The translations under genes and the position numbers were made by a program. The notes under the pieces were generated by a model. It saw only the letters and a program-made list of their open reading frames with translations, was not told the origin of the DNA and made no database searches. DNA of 32,000 nt, from positions 1,410,001-1,442,000 of the forward strand of contig OW818653.1 of the NCBI GenBank assembly GCA_942492995.1, in the 5' to 3' direction. This stretch comes from an uncultured Erysipelotrichaceae bacterium. GTDB lineage: Bacteria > Bacillota_I > Bacilli_A > Erysipelotrichales > Erysipelotrichaceae. Positions 19,153-27,375 of this stretch are shown here, piece after piece (positions within the stretch are counted from its first letter, which is position 1; every line of letters starts with the position of its first letter).

Positions 19153-19746
19153 ATGAAACATATATTTCAAAAAGAAAATCTAGATAATCCTACGTTTTTA
19201 TTACTCCATGGTACAGGTGGTGATGAAAGAGATTTACTCCCTTTAGCCCATATGATTAATCCTGAATACAATATTTTAAGTGTTCGAGGTGAAGTTAAGG
19301 AAAATGGAATGAATCGTTTCTTTAAACGTTTATCTGAAGGTGTGTTTGATGAAGTGGATTTGGTTGATCGTACACATCAATTAAAGGAATTCGTGGATCA
19401 AGCTGCAGAGGAGTATGGTTTTGATCGTAAAAGAGTTGTCGCATTAGGATATTCCAATGGAGCGAATATTGCGGCAAGTGTCCTATTTCATTATTCTGAT
19501 GCGTTTAGCAAAGCTATAATCTTACATCCGATGGTTCCTATTCGTAAAAATCTTCCTGATTTAACTGGAATACCAATCTTTATTGGGGCAGGTAAGAATG
19601 ATACAATCTGTCCGCCTGAACAAAGCATTGAATTAGAGAAATTATTTAAGAACGCAAATGCCAATGTGACATTACATTGGGAAAACTTTGGACATCGATT
19701 AGTTGAGTCTGAAGTTGAAGCTGCGAAAGAATGGTTAAATCAATAG
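19153..19746 (+). CDS. Phospholipase/carboxylesterase family alpha/beta hydrolase (MhqD-like)
   Basis: 197 aa. LLHGTGGDE..., the nucleophile elbow GYSNGA, and C-terminal ...ENFGHRL. Confidence 0.85.
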   Translation: MKHIFQKENLDNPTFLLLHGTGGDERDLLPLAHMINPEYNILSVRGEVKENGMNRFFKRLSEGVFDEVDLVDRTHQLKEFVDQAAEEYGFDRKRVVALGYSNGANIAASVLFHYSDAFSKAIILHPMVPIRKNLPDLTGIPIFIGAGKNDTICPPEQSIELEKLFKNANANVTLHWENFGHRLVESEVEAAKEWLNQ

Positions 19747-19750
19747 ACAT

Positions 19751-19780
19751 AAAAATCAGCACTACGCTGATTTTATTTTT
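19751..19780. terminator. Bidirectional terminator between convergent genes
   Basis: AAAATCAGC-ACTAC-GCTGATTTT followed by ATTTTT. The stop codon of the GGDEF gene (19762-64) lies in the loop. Confidence 0.6.
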
Positions 19781-21459
19781 GTCTTATGTTCATACATCTT
19801 TTGATCGACATGATGATAGAATCTTCCATAATATTCCCACGTATTACTATCATAGATATCCGTCCCAATTGCGACATTTATCGGATGTACAAATTCTTGA
19901 GTCGTTTCTTTTATGTATAATTGGAAGTTTTTTACACATTCATCGTAGATCGTCACATCAATATCATCCAGTAATACTGCGAATTCATCTCCACCAATTC
20001 GATAGTTTTGACCAGACACAAATCCAGCCTCCATCGCTTTAAAGACATGTCGGATTGCCTCATCCCCTTGACTATGCCCATATGTATCATTTATGTACTT
20101 CAACTCATTCAAATCGAGAAGAACTAATCTAAATTGTTTCTTAGAATCGATATATGTTTGTACATCTCTTTCATAAGCAGAACGATTAAATCCACCAGTT
20201 AAGAAATCTTTATACGCCATTTTCTCTAGTAATAAGGTTTCATCTTGTCTGCGCATATTTGTACGTATATAGATAAATGTATCAATCGCTAACATAATAA
20301 AGAACACGATGATTCCAATTCTAAAGAAAGATGATATTGAACTAAATGCATGGAAATAGAATGATCCAATTTCGAGTACTAAACTAATTAGTAAGATTAG
20401 TGTAAACTTTACAAATCGTTTTGCGACATCATTTTTATACTCAGTAATCTCGATATAGATTAAATAAGCCGCATAAATAGCGCTGATAAATATGATTGGT
20501 AACGTATATTCCATCATTTCAATGTATACAAGAATTCCCATTAATTGAAGTATTACATTAATGATGACGATTGCGATAAAGGTTAGCGCTAAGTATCTTA
20601 AATGTCGTTTAAATTTTTGTTGGGTTATTATTGCGTCTTTAATATATAAGGCAAAGAATAATGCCATAATCGGGATCATTAAGTACGCCATAGACCCTAG
20701 AATAAATCGGTTACCAATAAAGAATTGAAGTAATCGAGCTTCAGTGAGTATCCATAATCCAGATGCGATGGACATAAATCCAAGATACAATAATCGCAAA
20801 TCTTGAGCGTTTTTAATCGCAAATGAAGTGATGATTGAAATAATACCAAATAAAAACAAGAGTAAGAAAATTCCGAAGCTAAAGGTTTGTGAAGTAAATA
20901 AGCTATGTAAGACCATCGCCTTACGATCAAGATGTACCTCATTTATTACACCAGAGAATGCACTCACATTTGTGAAATAATCGATACGTAATGTTTTACC
21001 TATCGAATTTTCAGGGATATCAACTAACACCCATAAACTCGTTGGAGGCATTTGTAGTCCGATTGATCTAGGTTGAACATGTTCATGGACTAAAACATCA
21101 TCGAGGTATACCCAAAAATCTTGCATAGATGAGCGTATTAATAACGTATCTTGGTTTTCTGCTAGAAACGGAACTTCTACTGATGAACTGTATCGCACAC
21201 CTTGGTCCAAGTTTAAATCGTATGGTAGTTTAATATTATCTAGTTTGGTTCCATTTACAGAAACTGTCCAAGGACCATTTATCATCTGCATCTTTCCTTC
21301 AATTAAACTAAAGTCCTCACGTTGATCTAAACGACTTAATAAAAACATCACCAAAATGAAGCTTACTAATCCGATTGAAACGATTATTCTTTTTACGTTA
21401 ACTTTGCGCATATTACCTGAAGTTAAGTTTAACATGAAAGCTTTATTGATAAAATGCAT
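19762..21459 (-). CDS. Membrane diguanylate cyclase: N-terminal extracytoplasmic domain + 7TM block + GGDEF domain (7TMR-DISM-like architecture)
   Basis: 565 aa: a signal-anchor TM, a roughly 150-aa extracellular segment, about seven TM helices, then ...FLTGGFNRSAY...RIGGDEFAVLL. The start codon is uncertain, with Met1, Met9 or Met17 all possible. Confidence 0.85.
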   Translation of the reverse strand: MHFINKAFMLNLTSGNMRKVNVKRIIVSIGLVSFILVMFLLSRLDQREDFSLIEGKMQMINGPWTVSVNGTKLDNIKLPYDLNLDQGVRYSSSVEVPFLAENQDTLLIRSSMQDFWVYLDDVLVHEHVQPRSIGLQMPPTSLWVLVDIPENSIGKTLRIDYFTNVSAFSGVINEVHLDRKAMVLHSLFTSQTFSFGIFLLLFLFGIISIITSFAIKNAQDLRLLYLGFMSIASGLWILTEARLLQFFIGNRFILGSMAYLMIPIMALFFALYIKDAIITQQKFKRHLRYLALTFIAIVIINVILQLMGILVYIEMMEYTLPIIFISAIYAAYLIYIEITEYKNDVAKRFVKFTLILLISLVLEIGSFYFHAFSSISSFFRIGIIVFFIMLAIDTFIYIRTNMRRQDETLLLEKMAYKDFLTGGFNRSAYERDVQTYIDSKKQFRLVLLDLNELKYINDTYGHSQGDEAIRHVFKAMEAGFVSGQNYRIGGDEFAVLLDDIDVTIYDECVKNFQLYIKETTQEFVHPINVAIGTDIYDSNTWEYYGRFYHHVDQKMYEHKTKIKSA

Positions 21460-21512
21460 ATCCGTAATTATTATGTATTAAAATAGCAATTTCTATATTT
21501 ACTTCAAAAGAT

Positions 21513-22262
21513 TTAAACATAAAAAACCGATACTTTACGATATAGATTTAATCGTCCTTGTTTACCAATGACTTCAATACAATTGACGCTTTGTAAGATG
21601 TTTAAGGTTAATTGTGTAATTCGTTTACTTGTTCTACTCAGTTTCATGAATTCTTTTGACGTAAATGTATCATTTAAATCACTTGGGATAAATTGATGAT
21701 AATCATTTCGGTCATTAATTTCTATTGTATGACGATATTGAAGTGGTATACGATCATTACGCCATGACCCTTTTTTCTTATCATCACTCCAGCCATTCAG
21801 TAATCGATATTCTAACATATCAATAAATATGAGATGTATGGATAATCCTGGATGATTCAAATACATCTTTATCTTATATAACTCACTTACACTATCATAA
21901 AGTGTCCCTTGTTTAGGGGATTTTCGTTGTTTAGTACTTTCACCTGTGAATGGATCTATCCAGGATAGATACTTAATATATGGTATTGGATAAACAATCG
22001 TAACTGGATATTCTGGTAATAATGCGATTAGCTTATTACGTAATTTATTGAACTGTCTGGTTTGAATCTCGATTACTTTGTTTTCCGCAAAAATATCGAC
22101 TACATATCCGTTTAATTTAATCTCATGATTCTGATCATCGTCTTGATATGCTCGTTTCAATATCGCATGTAAAATCTTCTCTTGTAAGGTGCCAATCCCT
22201 TTTAATGGATTCTCACTTTTCTGGTAATCGTTTAGTACTTGTTCAAAATGATCAGCGTTCAT
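21513..22262 (-). CDS. Hypothetical protein; possible PD-(D/E)xK nuclease-like core with a C-terminal HTH-like tail
   Basis: 249 aa. LQEKILH...GYVVDIFAENKVIEIQTRQF fits an E...D...E-x-Q/K nuclease-fold pattern. I do not recognise a named family. Confidence 0.45.
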   Translation of the reverse strand: MNADHFEQVLNDYQKSENPLKGIGTLQEKILHAILKRAYQDDDQNHEIKLNGYVVDIFAENKVIEIQTRQFNKLRNKLIALLPEYPVTIVYPIPYIKYLSWIDPFTGESTKQRKSPKQGTLYDSVSELYKIKMYLNHPGLSIHLIFIDMLEYRLLNGWSDDKKKGSWRNDRIPLQYRHTIEINDRNDYHQFIPSDLNDTFTSKEFMKLSRTSKRITQLTLNILQSVNCIEVIGKQGRLNLYRKVSVFYV

Positions 22263-22307
22263 ACTTCAATGATACACTGTCAAATTCGTATCTCAAATAG
22301 TTTAAGA

Positions 22308-22892
22308 CTAATAATCATTTAATCCTTTTCCATCAAGAATGGATTGTGTCATTTTCTCAATTCGAGCTTCGCGTGTTTTCGGATATTTCGGACTAGAAAA
22401 ATAGAGGATATACGCTCTTTGTCTACCTGGGGTTAGTGATTCAAACGCTGTTTTAAAATTAGAATCTTGTTCAAGCTTTTGTATGAGTTCTTCAGGCATC
22501 TTGAACTCTTTCGTTTCTTTGAATTCTACTTCTTTCCCTGCTTTTTCAATTTCAATCGCTTCATTAACATACGCTATTATTTCATCTTTTACACGTCTAA
22601 TATCATCTGTATTCTTAAAACGTAATTGCCTTCCTGCTTGTACATTTTCACTTTGTTGGATTAGAATTTGTGCTTCGTCTTTTAGTAATACACCTTTAAA
22701 AAATAATATTGCGCAGTATTCTTTAAATCCATGTATTAGCACTATATTTTTACCATTATTGGTATAACATGCTTGTCCCCATTTAATAACTTCATCTAAG
22801 TCACATTCTAAAATATAATTACGTAGTAGTTCGAATTCTTCTCTCCATTGTATTGTTTGGTTTAATAATTCATCAACCTCTATGTTCTTCAT
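22308..22892 (-). CDS. DUF1801 + YdeI/OmpD-associated family protein
   Basis: 194 aa. The C-terminal ...LTPGRQRAYILYFSSPKYPKTREARIEKMTQSILDGKG is the YdeI-type tail. Confidence 0.72.
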   Translation of the reverse strand: MKNIEVDELLNQTIQWREEFELLRNYILECDLDEVIKWGQACYTNNGKNIVLIHGFKEYCAILFFKGVLLKDEAQILIQQSENVQAGRQLRFKNTDDIRRVKDEIIAYVNEAIEIEKAGKEVEFKETKEFKMPEELIQKLEQDSNFKTAFESLTPGRQRAYILYFSSPKYPKTREARIEKMTQSILDGKGLNDY

Positions 22893-22948
22893 AATTTCTC
22901 CGTTTATGTCATTTCTTGTTCATCTATATAAAATATAATACATCTAAT

Positions 22949-22979
22949 AGAAAAGGTGTCTAATTTTACTTAGACACCC
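22949..22979 (-). terminator. Intrinsic-terminator-like hairpin inside the 5' leader of the YdeI-like gene
   Basis: The minus strand reads GGTGTCTA-AGTAAAAT-TAGACACC followed by TTTTCTATT. It lies about 57 nt upstream of the ATG at 22892 and downstream of the promoter candidate at 23065-23092. Confidence 0.5.
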
Positions 22980-23064
22980 AGCTCTTTAGGCATATTTGCA
23001 TTGATCGCTCATCGATATCGCATTATTTTAATCGAGCTAATCATTCTTCCTAAAGGGTATAATC

Positions 23065-23092
23065 ATCATAACATTTTAAACCTTGAATTCAA
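23065..23092 (-). promoter_or_regulatory. Sigma-A-type promoter candidate (minus strand) driving the YdeI-like gene leader
   Basis: Minus strand: TTGAAT (23092-87), 16-nt spacer ending in TGt, TATGAT (23070-65). Confidence 0.45.
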
Positions 23093-23235
23093 GTATCTAA
23101 CGTGACAGATAGGTGAACAGTTTGTGATAGAATTTTTCACATTATGAGTTTGATTAAATGATAAATATTCTGGTTAATTTAATAACCTTTATCAATTAAT
23201 TAGACTAAAATAGATTATATATGAGGAGGATAATT

Positions 23236-23583
23236 ATGAATGAATATCGTGTAATATTCCATGTGGACGAAATGAGTAAATGGAAACTTGTTTTAGCGAA
23301 TACACAGAATTTGATTAACGCGTTAAGTGGTAACACTCTAACAGTAGAAATTCTCGTAAACGCTGAAGCAGTTAAGTACTTGATTCAAGATAATCTAAAT
23401 GAAGAAGATAAGGATATCTTAAATAACTTAAGTAAAAATGTCACTTTCAGCGTATGTAATAATTCGTTGAAATCATTTAATTTGGATCCTAATAACGTGT
23501 TAGATTTTGTAAGAGTTGTCCCATCAGGAGTAGCGGAACTTACCATTAAACAACACGCTAATTTCGCATACATTAAACCTTAA
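23236..23583 (+). CDS. DsrE/DsrF-like family protein (COG1416-type)
   Basis: The track starts at 23221. The ATG at 23236 follows AGGAGG. YRVIFHVDE...LANTQNL...VEILVNAEAVKYL...FSVCNNSLK...VVPSGVAELTIKQHANFAYIKP matches the DsrE-like pattern. Confidence 0.72.
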   Translation: MNEYRVIFHVDEMSKWKLVLANTQNLINALSGNTLTVEILVNAEAVKYLIQDNLNEEDKDILNNLSKNVTFSVCNNSLKSFNLDPNNVLDFVRVVPSGVAELTIKQHANFAYIKP

Positions 23584-23587
23584 TTAT

Positions 23588-24004
23588 CTATTTTTTTTGG
23601 ATTAACTTAATTCTTCGATTGAGTCTTCTTAATCGAACTGTTTGAATACTTATAATTACTGTAAGTATAATGAATAAACTAAACACAAATAATAGTGCGA
23701 TTCCTGGATTAATATTTTCAATACTCTTTAAAATTTCTACTGTAATCCATAATGAAGCAGGTAATATAATCAATAATAATACAATTATTGAAACTAGAAT
23801 AAACCATACTTTCTTCTTGAGAGAATCAATTGGAACATTCAGATGAGATTCTATGTATTTCTGATCATTGGCAATCTGTCTTTCTGCCCATAAATTAGAA
23901 ATAACTCGGATAAGTATAAGCACTAATGCGCCTAAAACCATACCACCTAAATACTTCCATTCACCTTTTACGAATGGTTCAAGGAAGTCTACTATCCCAA
24001 GCAT
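23588..24004 (-). CDS. Small integral membrane protein, unknown function
   Basis: The track ORF extends to a TTG at 24055. The ATG at 24004 (MLGIVDFLEPFVKGEW...) is preceded by GAAGGAGG at optimal spacing. Three hydrophobic helices and a basic C-terminus (RLRRLNRRIKLIQKK). Confidence 0.55.
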   Translation of the reverse strand: MLGIVDFLEPFVKGEWKYLGGMVLGALVLILIRVISNLWAERQIANDQKYIESHLNVPIDSLKKKVWFILVSIIVLLLIILPASLWITVEILKSIENINPGIALLFVFSLFIILTVIISIQTVRLRRLNRRIKLIQKK

Positions 24005-24110
24005 ATGTTTATCCTCCTTCAACCCGATTATAGCTTCTTTTATACTCATTATCAATGTGATGAAAAAGGTAATTTATACTTGATATATACCGAAATTTAA
24101 GAGGAAAAAT

Positions 24111-24866
24111 ATGAACACAAAATTAACACAACGCTTAGAAGAATTAGCTGATAGTCTTAAGAAGCGACAAACATGTTTGGGGCTACTTGCCTTAGGATCA
24201 AACGCTGAACTAGAACGCCTAGATGAATGGTCAGATTTAGATTTTTTTGTGTTAGTGGAGAAAGACTGTCAATCACTTTATCTTACAAATCTCGATTGGC
24301 TTGAAGAATGTGGACCTATATCCTATGTGTTTAGAAATACTAAAGATGGTCATAAGATAATGTGGGAAGATGGAGTTTATGCGGAATATGCGGTGTTTGA
24401 ATTAGATATGATGGATGATATTCCTTATTCAAAAGGAACATTTATTTTTAAACGAGATGGGGTTAATCTATCTGAATCATCTTTATTACCATTACCAAAT
24501 CCTTATCAAACGATTCAATATGCATCTAACGAGATATTAACTAATCTTTATGTTGGGTTATTACGTTATCATCGTGGTGAAGTTTTATCCGCATTTCGAC
24601 TAATTCAAGTTCATGCGATTGATCGTATTATAGCGATGTCACATTTGATATATCCATCTCAATCTGAACATGTGGATTTATTCGCATTGGAGAGACGAGT
24701 AGAGAAACGTCATCCTAAATTAGTTGAACTATTTAATAAGAGTATTTTGGGTTATGAGCATATTCCTGTTTCTGCACAGATTATATTAGATTATATAAAA
24801 ACCATCACTGAATTGAATCCAATGATGGTTAAAGAAATCGAACGATTAATAAAACTTACTAACTAA
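24111..24866 (+). CDS. Nucleotidyltransferase-fold protein (antibiotic NTase-like, LinB/Lnu(B)-type architecture)
   Basis: 251 aa. LLALGSNAELERLDEWSDLDFFVLVE is a minimal-NTase G-S...D-x-D motif, followed by a helical C-terminal domain (...NLYVGLLRYHRGEVLSAFRLIQ...). AGAGGA RBS. Confidence 0.65.
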   Translation: MNTKLTQRLEELADSLKKRQTCLGLLALGSNAELERLDEWSDLDFFVLVEKDCQSLYLTNLDWLEECGPISYVFRNTKDGHKIMWEDGVYAEYAVFELDMMDDIPYSKGTFIFKRDGVNLSESSLLPLPNPYQTIQYASNEILTNLYVGLLRYHRGEVLSAFRLIQVHAIDRIIAMSHLIYPSQSEHVDLFALERRVEKRHPKLVELFNKSILGYEHIPVSAQIILDYIKTITELNPMMVKEIERLIKLTN

Positions 24867-25742
24867 CTATTTTTTACCCCAAGGAAATATCATTGGGACT
24901 TGTTTGGTATATTCAACCCAACCGGAATACTTTTCCATATTCTTTTCTAAAAGTGGTGTTGATATTTTTATAAGTACAGTGCTCATTAATACGGGTGAAA
25001 TGACCAATAATCCATAATAAATTAAACTAATGGAATTGGTAAAAAACAATGTAATTCCACTTAAATATAATCCAATCCAAATTAATATCTCTCCAAAGTA
25101 ATTAGGATGACGTGTAATTGACCATAATCCATTTTGAAGTAAAGACTTTGTCTTTTTACTAATATGTTGTCTAAGTTGTTCATCTCCTACAACTTCAAAG
25201 AATAATCCAATAAGCGCAATCCCTAGGGCAATAAATACATATACTTGTTCAGATGAACCAAGTACAAATTGATTGTATTTAATAACCGCATAACTTGCGG
25301 ATCCTACAATAAAATTGATAATCGCCTGTATCATAAACACTCTAAAGAATGCGATTATAATAACATTGTTTCCCCATTCTATTCGCCATTGAGCATATCG
25401 AAAATCTTCTGGTTTTCCCCAATTGCGTCTAAATAATCGAATGGATAGTCTTAAACCCCAAATTGTAATAAAACCAACAATAATATACGATAAAATCGTT
25501 GGACTCTCTGTTACAAATAAGGTTAACCAACTACCAACCACAAAACCTAAACCCCAACCTATATCGACAATCGAATTATTCTTAATAGCTTGAGCAATAA
25601 CGAAAATAGTGGTGAAATATCCAAATGTAAATAGTAGTGGTATGAGAAGTCCATCAAGTCCTAGATTGGTATACCCTTGTGTCGCAATTGCGAATGTAAG
25701 CACGAACAGAATCGAATATATGACTAATCTTTTCTTGTCCAT
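24867..25742 (-). CDS. DUF1295 / steroid 5-alpha-reductase-like membrane protein
   Basis: 291 aa, polytopic, with the C-terminal GLWSITRHPNYFGEILIW motif. Confidence 0.8.
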   Translation of the reverse strand: MDKKRLVIYSILFVLTFAIATQGYTNLGLDGLLIPLLFTFGYFTTIFVIAQAIKNNSIVDIGWGLGFVVGSWLTLFVTESPTILSYIIVGFITIWGLRLSIRLFRRNWGKPEDFRYAQWRIEWGNNVIIIAFFRVFMIQAIINFIVGSASYAVIKYNQFVLGSSEQVYVFIALGIALIGLFFEVVGDEQLRQHISKKTKSLLQNGLWSITRHPNYFGEILIWIGLYLSGITLFFTNSISLIYYGLLVISPVLMSTVLIKISTPLLEKNMEKYSGWVEYTKQVPMIFPWGKK

Positions 25743-25824
25743 TTTAAACCCCTTTTAAATTGATAGAATTCTATCACATTCTGTAAACAGAGTTTATTTA
25801 TGTGCTCAGTAAAATATATAAATT

Positions 25825-26085
25825 TTATTTCTTAAAATTTTGTTTAATATCTGATATCGATTCTTGAATTTTACCTTGTACTTCTTGAGCAACGCCGACA
25901 GCTTTATCTGCAGCACCTTTGACACGTAGTTTAGGATTGTTAGTGGCTTTTCCGATATCCATCTTGATGTTTCCCTTAACTTGATTCATTTTGCCTTTGA
26001 ATTGATTCTTAGCACTATCCATTTTCATTGTCGCATTATCCATTATTTCTTTTACTTTAATTGATTCATCTTTTTGATTATTCAT
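25825..26085 (-). CDS. CsbD-like general stress protein
   Basis: 86 aa. Lys/Gly-rich repeats (KGKMNQVKGNIK...LRVKGAADKAVGVAQEVQGKI). AGGAGG RBS. Confidence 0.78.
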   Translation of the reverse strand: MNNQKDESIKVKEIMDNATMKMDSAKNQFKGKMNQVKGNIKMDIGKATNNPKLRVKGAADKAVGVAQEVQGKIQESISDIKQNFKK

Positions 26086-26284
26086 ACTATACCTCCTGGC
26101 CTCATTGTAGCACTCTGAGATAAATTAACTCGGTTTTGATAGAGTTCACATATACTCACATAGTTGCACTTTTCAAATGAATGTGTATTTACAATTAGTA
26201 AAAATGCAAATTAAGTACACGTAGATTTAATAATAGTGTAGTTAATATGTATCCTAAACAAAGTAATAAGATTATAATTCAATT

Positions 26285-26791
26285 ATGATCGATCAACCAA
26301 AATATACAGTTATAAAAAAACAAGCTCAATTTGAATTACGACGCTATCAAGCTTTTACTATTATTGAAGCGACAGATATTGATTTAAAAAGTTATAATGG
26401 GTTTCGATTAGCGTTTGACTTTATCCAAGGTGAAAATGAAAAAAGTCAAAAGATCGCTATGACTGCGCCTGTAGTTAATCAATTAAATGACAAAGGGATT
26501 CAAACGACTGCTTTTGTGATGCCTCCAAAAATGAAACATGAAGATGTACCACTTCCACTCGATAAGAACCTAAGAAAAATACTAATCCCTGAAAGAATTT
26601 GTGCAGTATATCGATTTAGCTTCAATCCAAAGATGGATATAATTAGAAATTACGAAAGTTTACTTAGAACATGGATTGAACAAGAGGGGTATAAAATTAT
26701 TGGTGAGTTACAATTAGCTCGATATAATCCTCCATTTATTCCTGGATTCTTAAAACATAATGAATTATGGTTTGAAGTTGTTAAATATTAG
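26285..26791 (+). CDS. SOUL heme-binding family protein
   Basis: 168 aa. ...QPKYTVIKKQAQFELRRYQAFTIIEA...IAMTAPV... and C-terminal ...LARYNPPF.P.FLKHNELWFEV. Confidence 0.8.
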   Translation: MIDQPKYTVIKKQAQFELRRYQAFTIIEATDIDLKSYNGFRLAFDFIQGENEKSQKIAMTAPVVNQLNDKGIQTTAFVMPPKMKHEDVPLPLDKNLRKILIPERICAVYRFSFNPKMDIIRNYESLLRTWIEQEGYKIIGELQLARYNPPFIPGFLKHNELWFEVVKY

Positions 26792-26857
26792 ACTGATAAT
26801 ATTTCCAATATTAATATTTAATATACATATGGTTTTCAACTCAATATCAATCAATAG

Positions 26858-26880
26858 AACTGTCTTTTGGACAGTTTTTA
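26858..26880 (+). terminator. Rho-independent terminator after the SOUL gene
   Basis: AACTGTC-TTTTG-GACAGTT followed by TTTTA. Confidence 0.5.
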
Positions 26881-26923
26881 CTTGAAGATATTCCAAATAA
26901 AATCTGTATAAAAAGTATCTAAG

Positions 26924-26953
26924 TTGTTTATTGATTTTCATCAGTGATAGAAT
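26924..26953 (+). promoter_or_regulatory. Promoter candidate for the DUF2200/DUF4287 gene pair
   Basis: TTGTTT (26924-29), 18-nt spacer ending in TGa (extended -10), TAGAAT (26948-53). Confidence 0.45.
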
Positions 26954-27001
26954 ACACTTAACAATGATTGAAAAGTAAATAATGATCAAAAGGGAGTAAA
27001 A

Positions 27002-27373
27002 ATGAACTCAAATCGAATTTATCATTATAGTATTACGAGTGTATATCCTCTTTATATTACTAAAGCTGAAAACAAAGGTCGTTCAAAGAATGAAGTTGAC
27101 GAGATAATTTTTTGGTTAACTGGACATAATGTAAATACGTTTAAAACTGCACTTGAGAAAGAAGTAACGCTTGAAAACTTCTTTAAGAATGCACCTCAAC
27201 TTAATCCATCACGATCACTAATAAAGGGTGTTGTGTGCGGTGTTCGACTTGAAGAAATCGAAGATGAAACAACTCGTGAAATTAGATATTTAGATAAATT
27301 GATTGATGAACTTGCGAAAGGTAAGTCAATGGATAAGATTCTCAGAAAACAGTTAGAAATTAATAAGGTGTAA
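27002..27373 (+). CDS. DUF2200 family protein
   Basis: 123 aa. ...[32 protein letters not shown]... is recognised as the DUF2200 pattern. GGGAG RBS. Confidence 0.72.
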   Translation: MNSNRIYHYSITSVYPLYITKAENKGRSKNEVDEIIFWLTGHNVNTFKTALEKEVTLENFFKNAPQLNPSRSLIKGVVCGVRLEEIEDETTREIRYLDKLIDELAKGKSMDKILRKQLEINKV

Positions 27374-27375
27374 TT

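Noticed and set aside
19731-20042. 103-aa plus-strand ORF overlapping the end of the esterase gene
   Set aside because: It is antisense to the GGDEF domain coding region and runs through the bidirectional terminator. There is no RBS.
22984-23055. Leader peptides (8-11 codons, for example MISSIKIMRYR) in the YdeI-like gene leader as the basis for ribosome-mediated attenuation
   Set aside because: None has a properly spaced Shine-Dalgarno sequence, and none shows a run of regulatory codons. The RNA-structure explanation seems more economical, though it is unproven.
26765-26989. 74-aa minus-strand ORF in the SOUL/DUF2200 spacer
   Set aside because: It has a low-complexity Ile/Leu/Asn/Lys-rich sequence. 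It spans a plus-strand terminator and a plus-strand promoter and overlaps the end of the SOUL gene. It has no convincing RBS.
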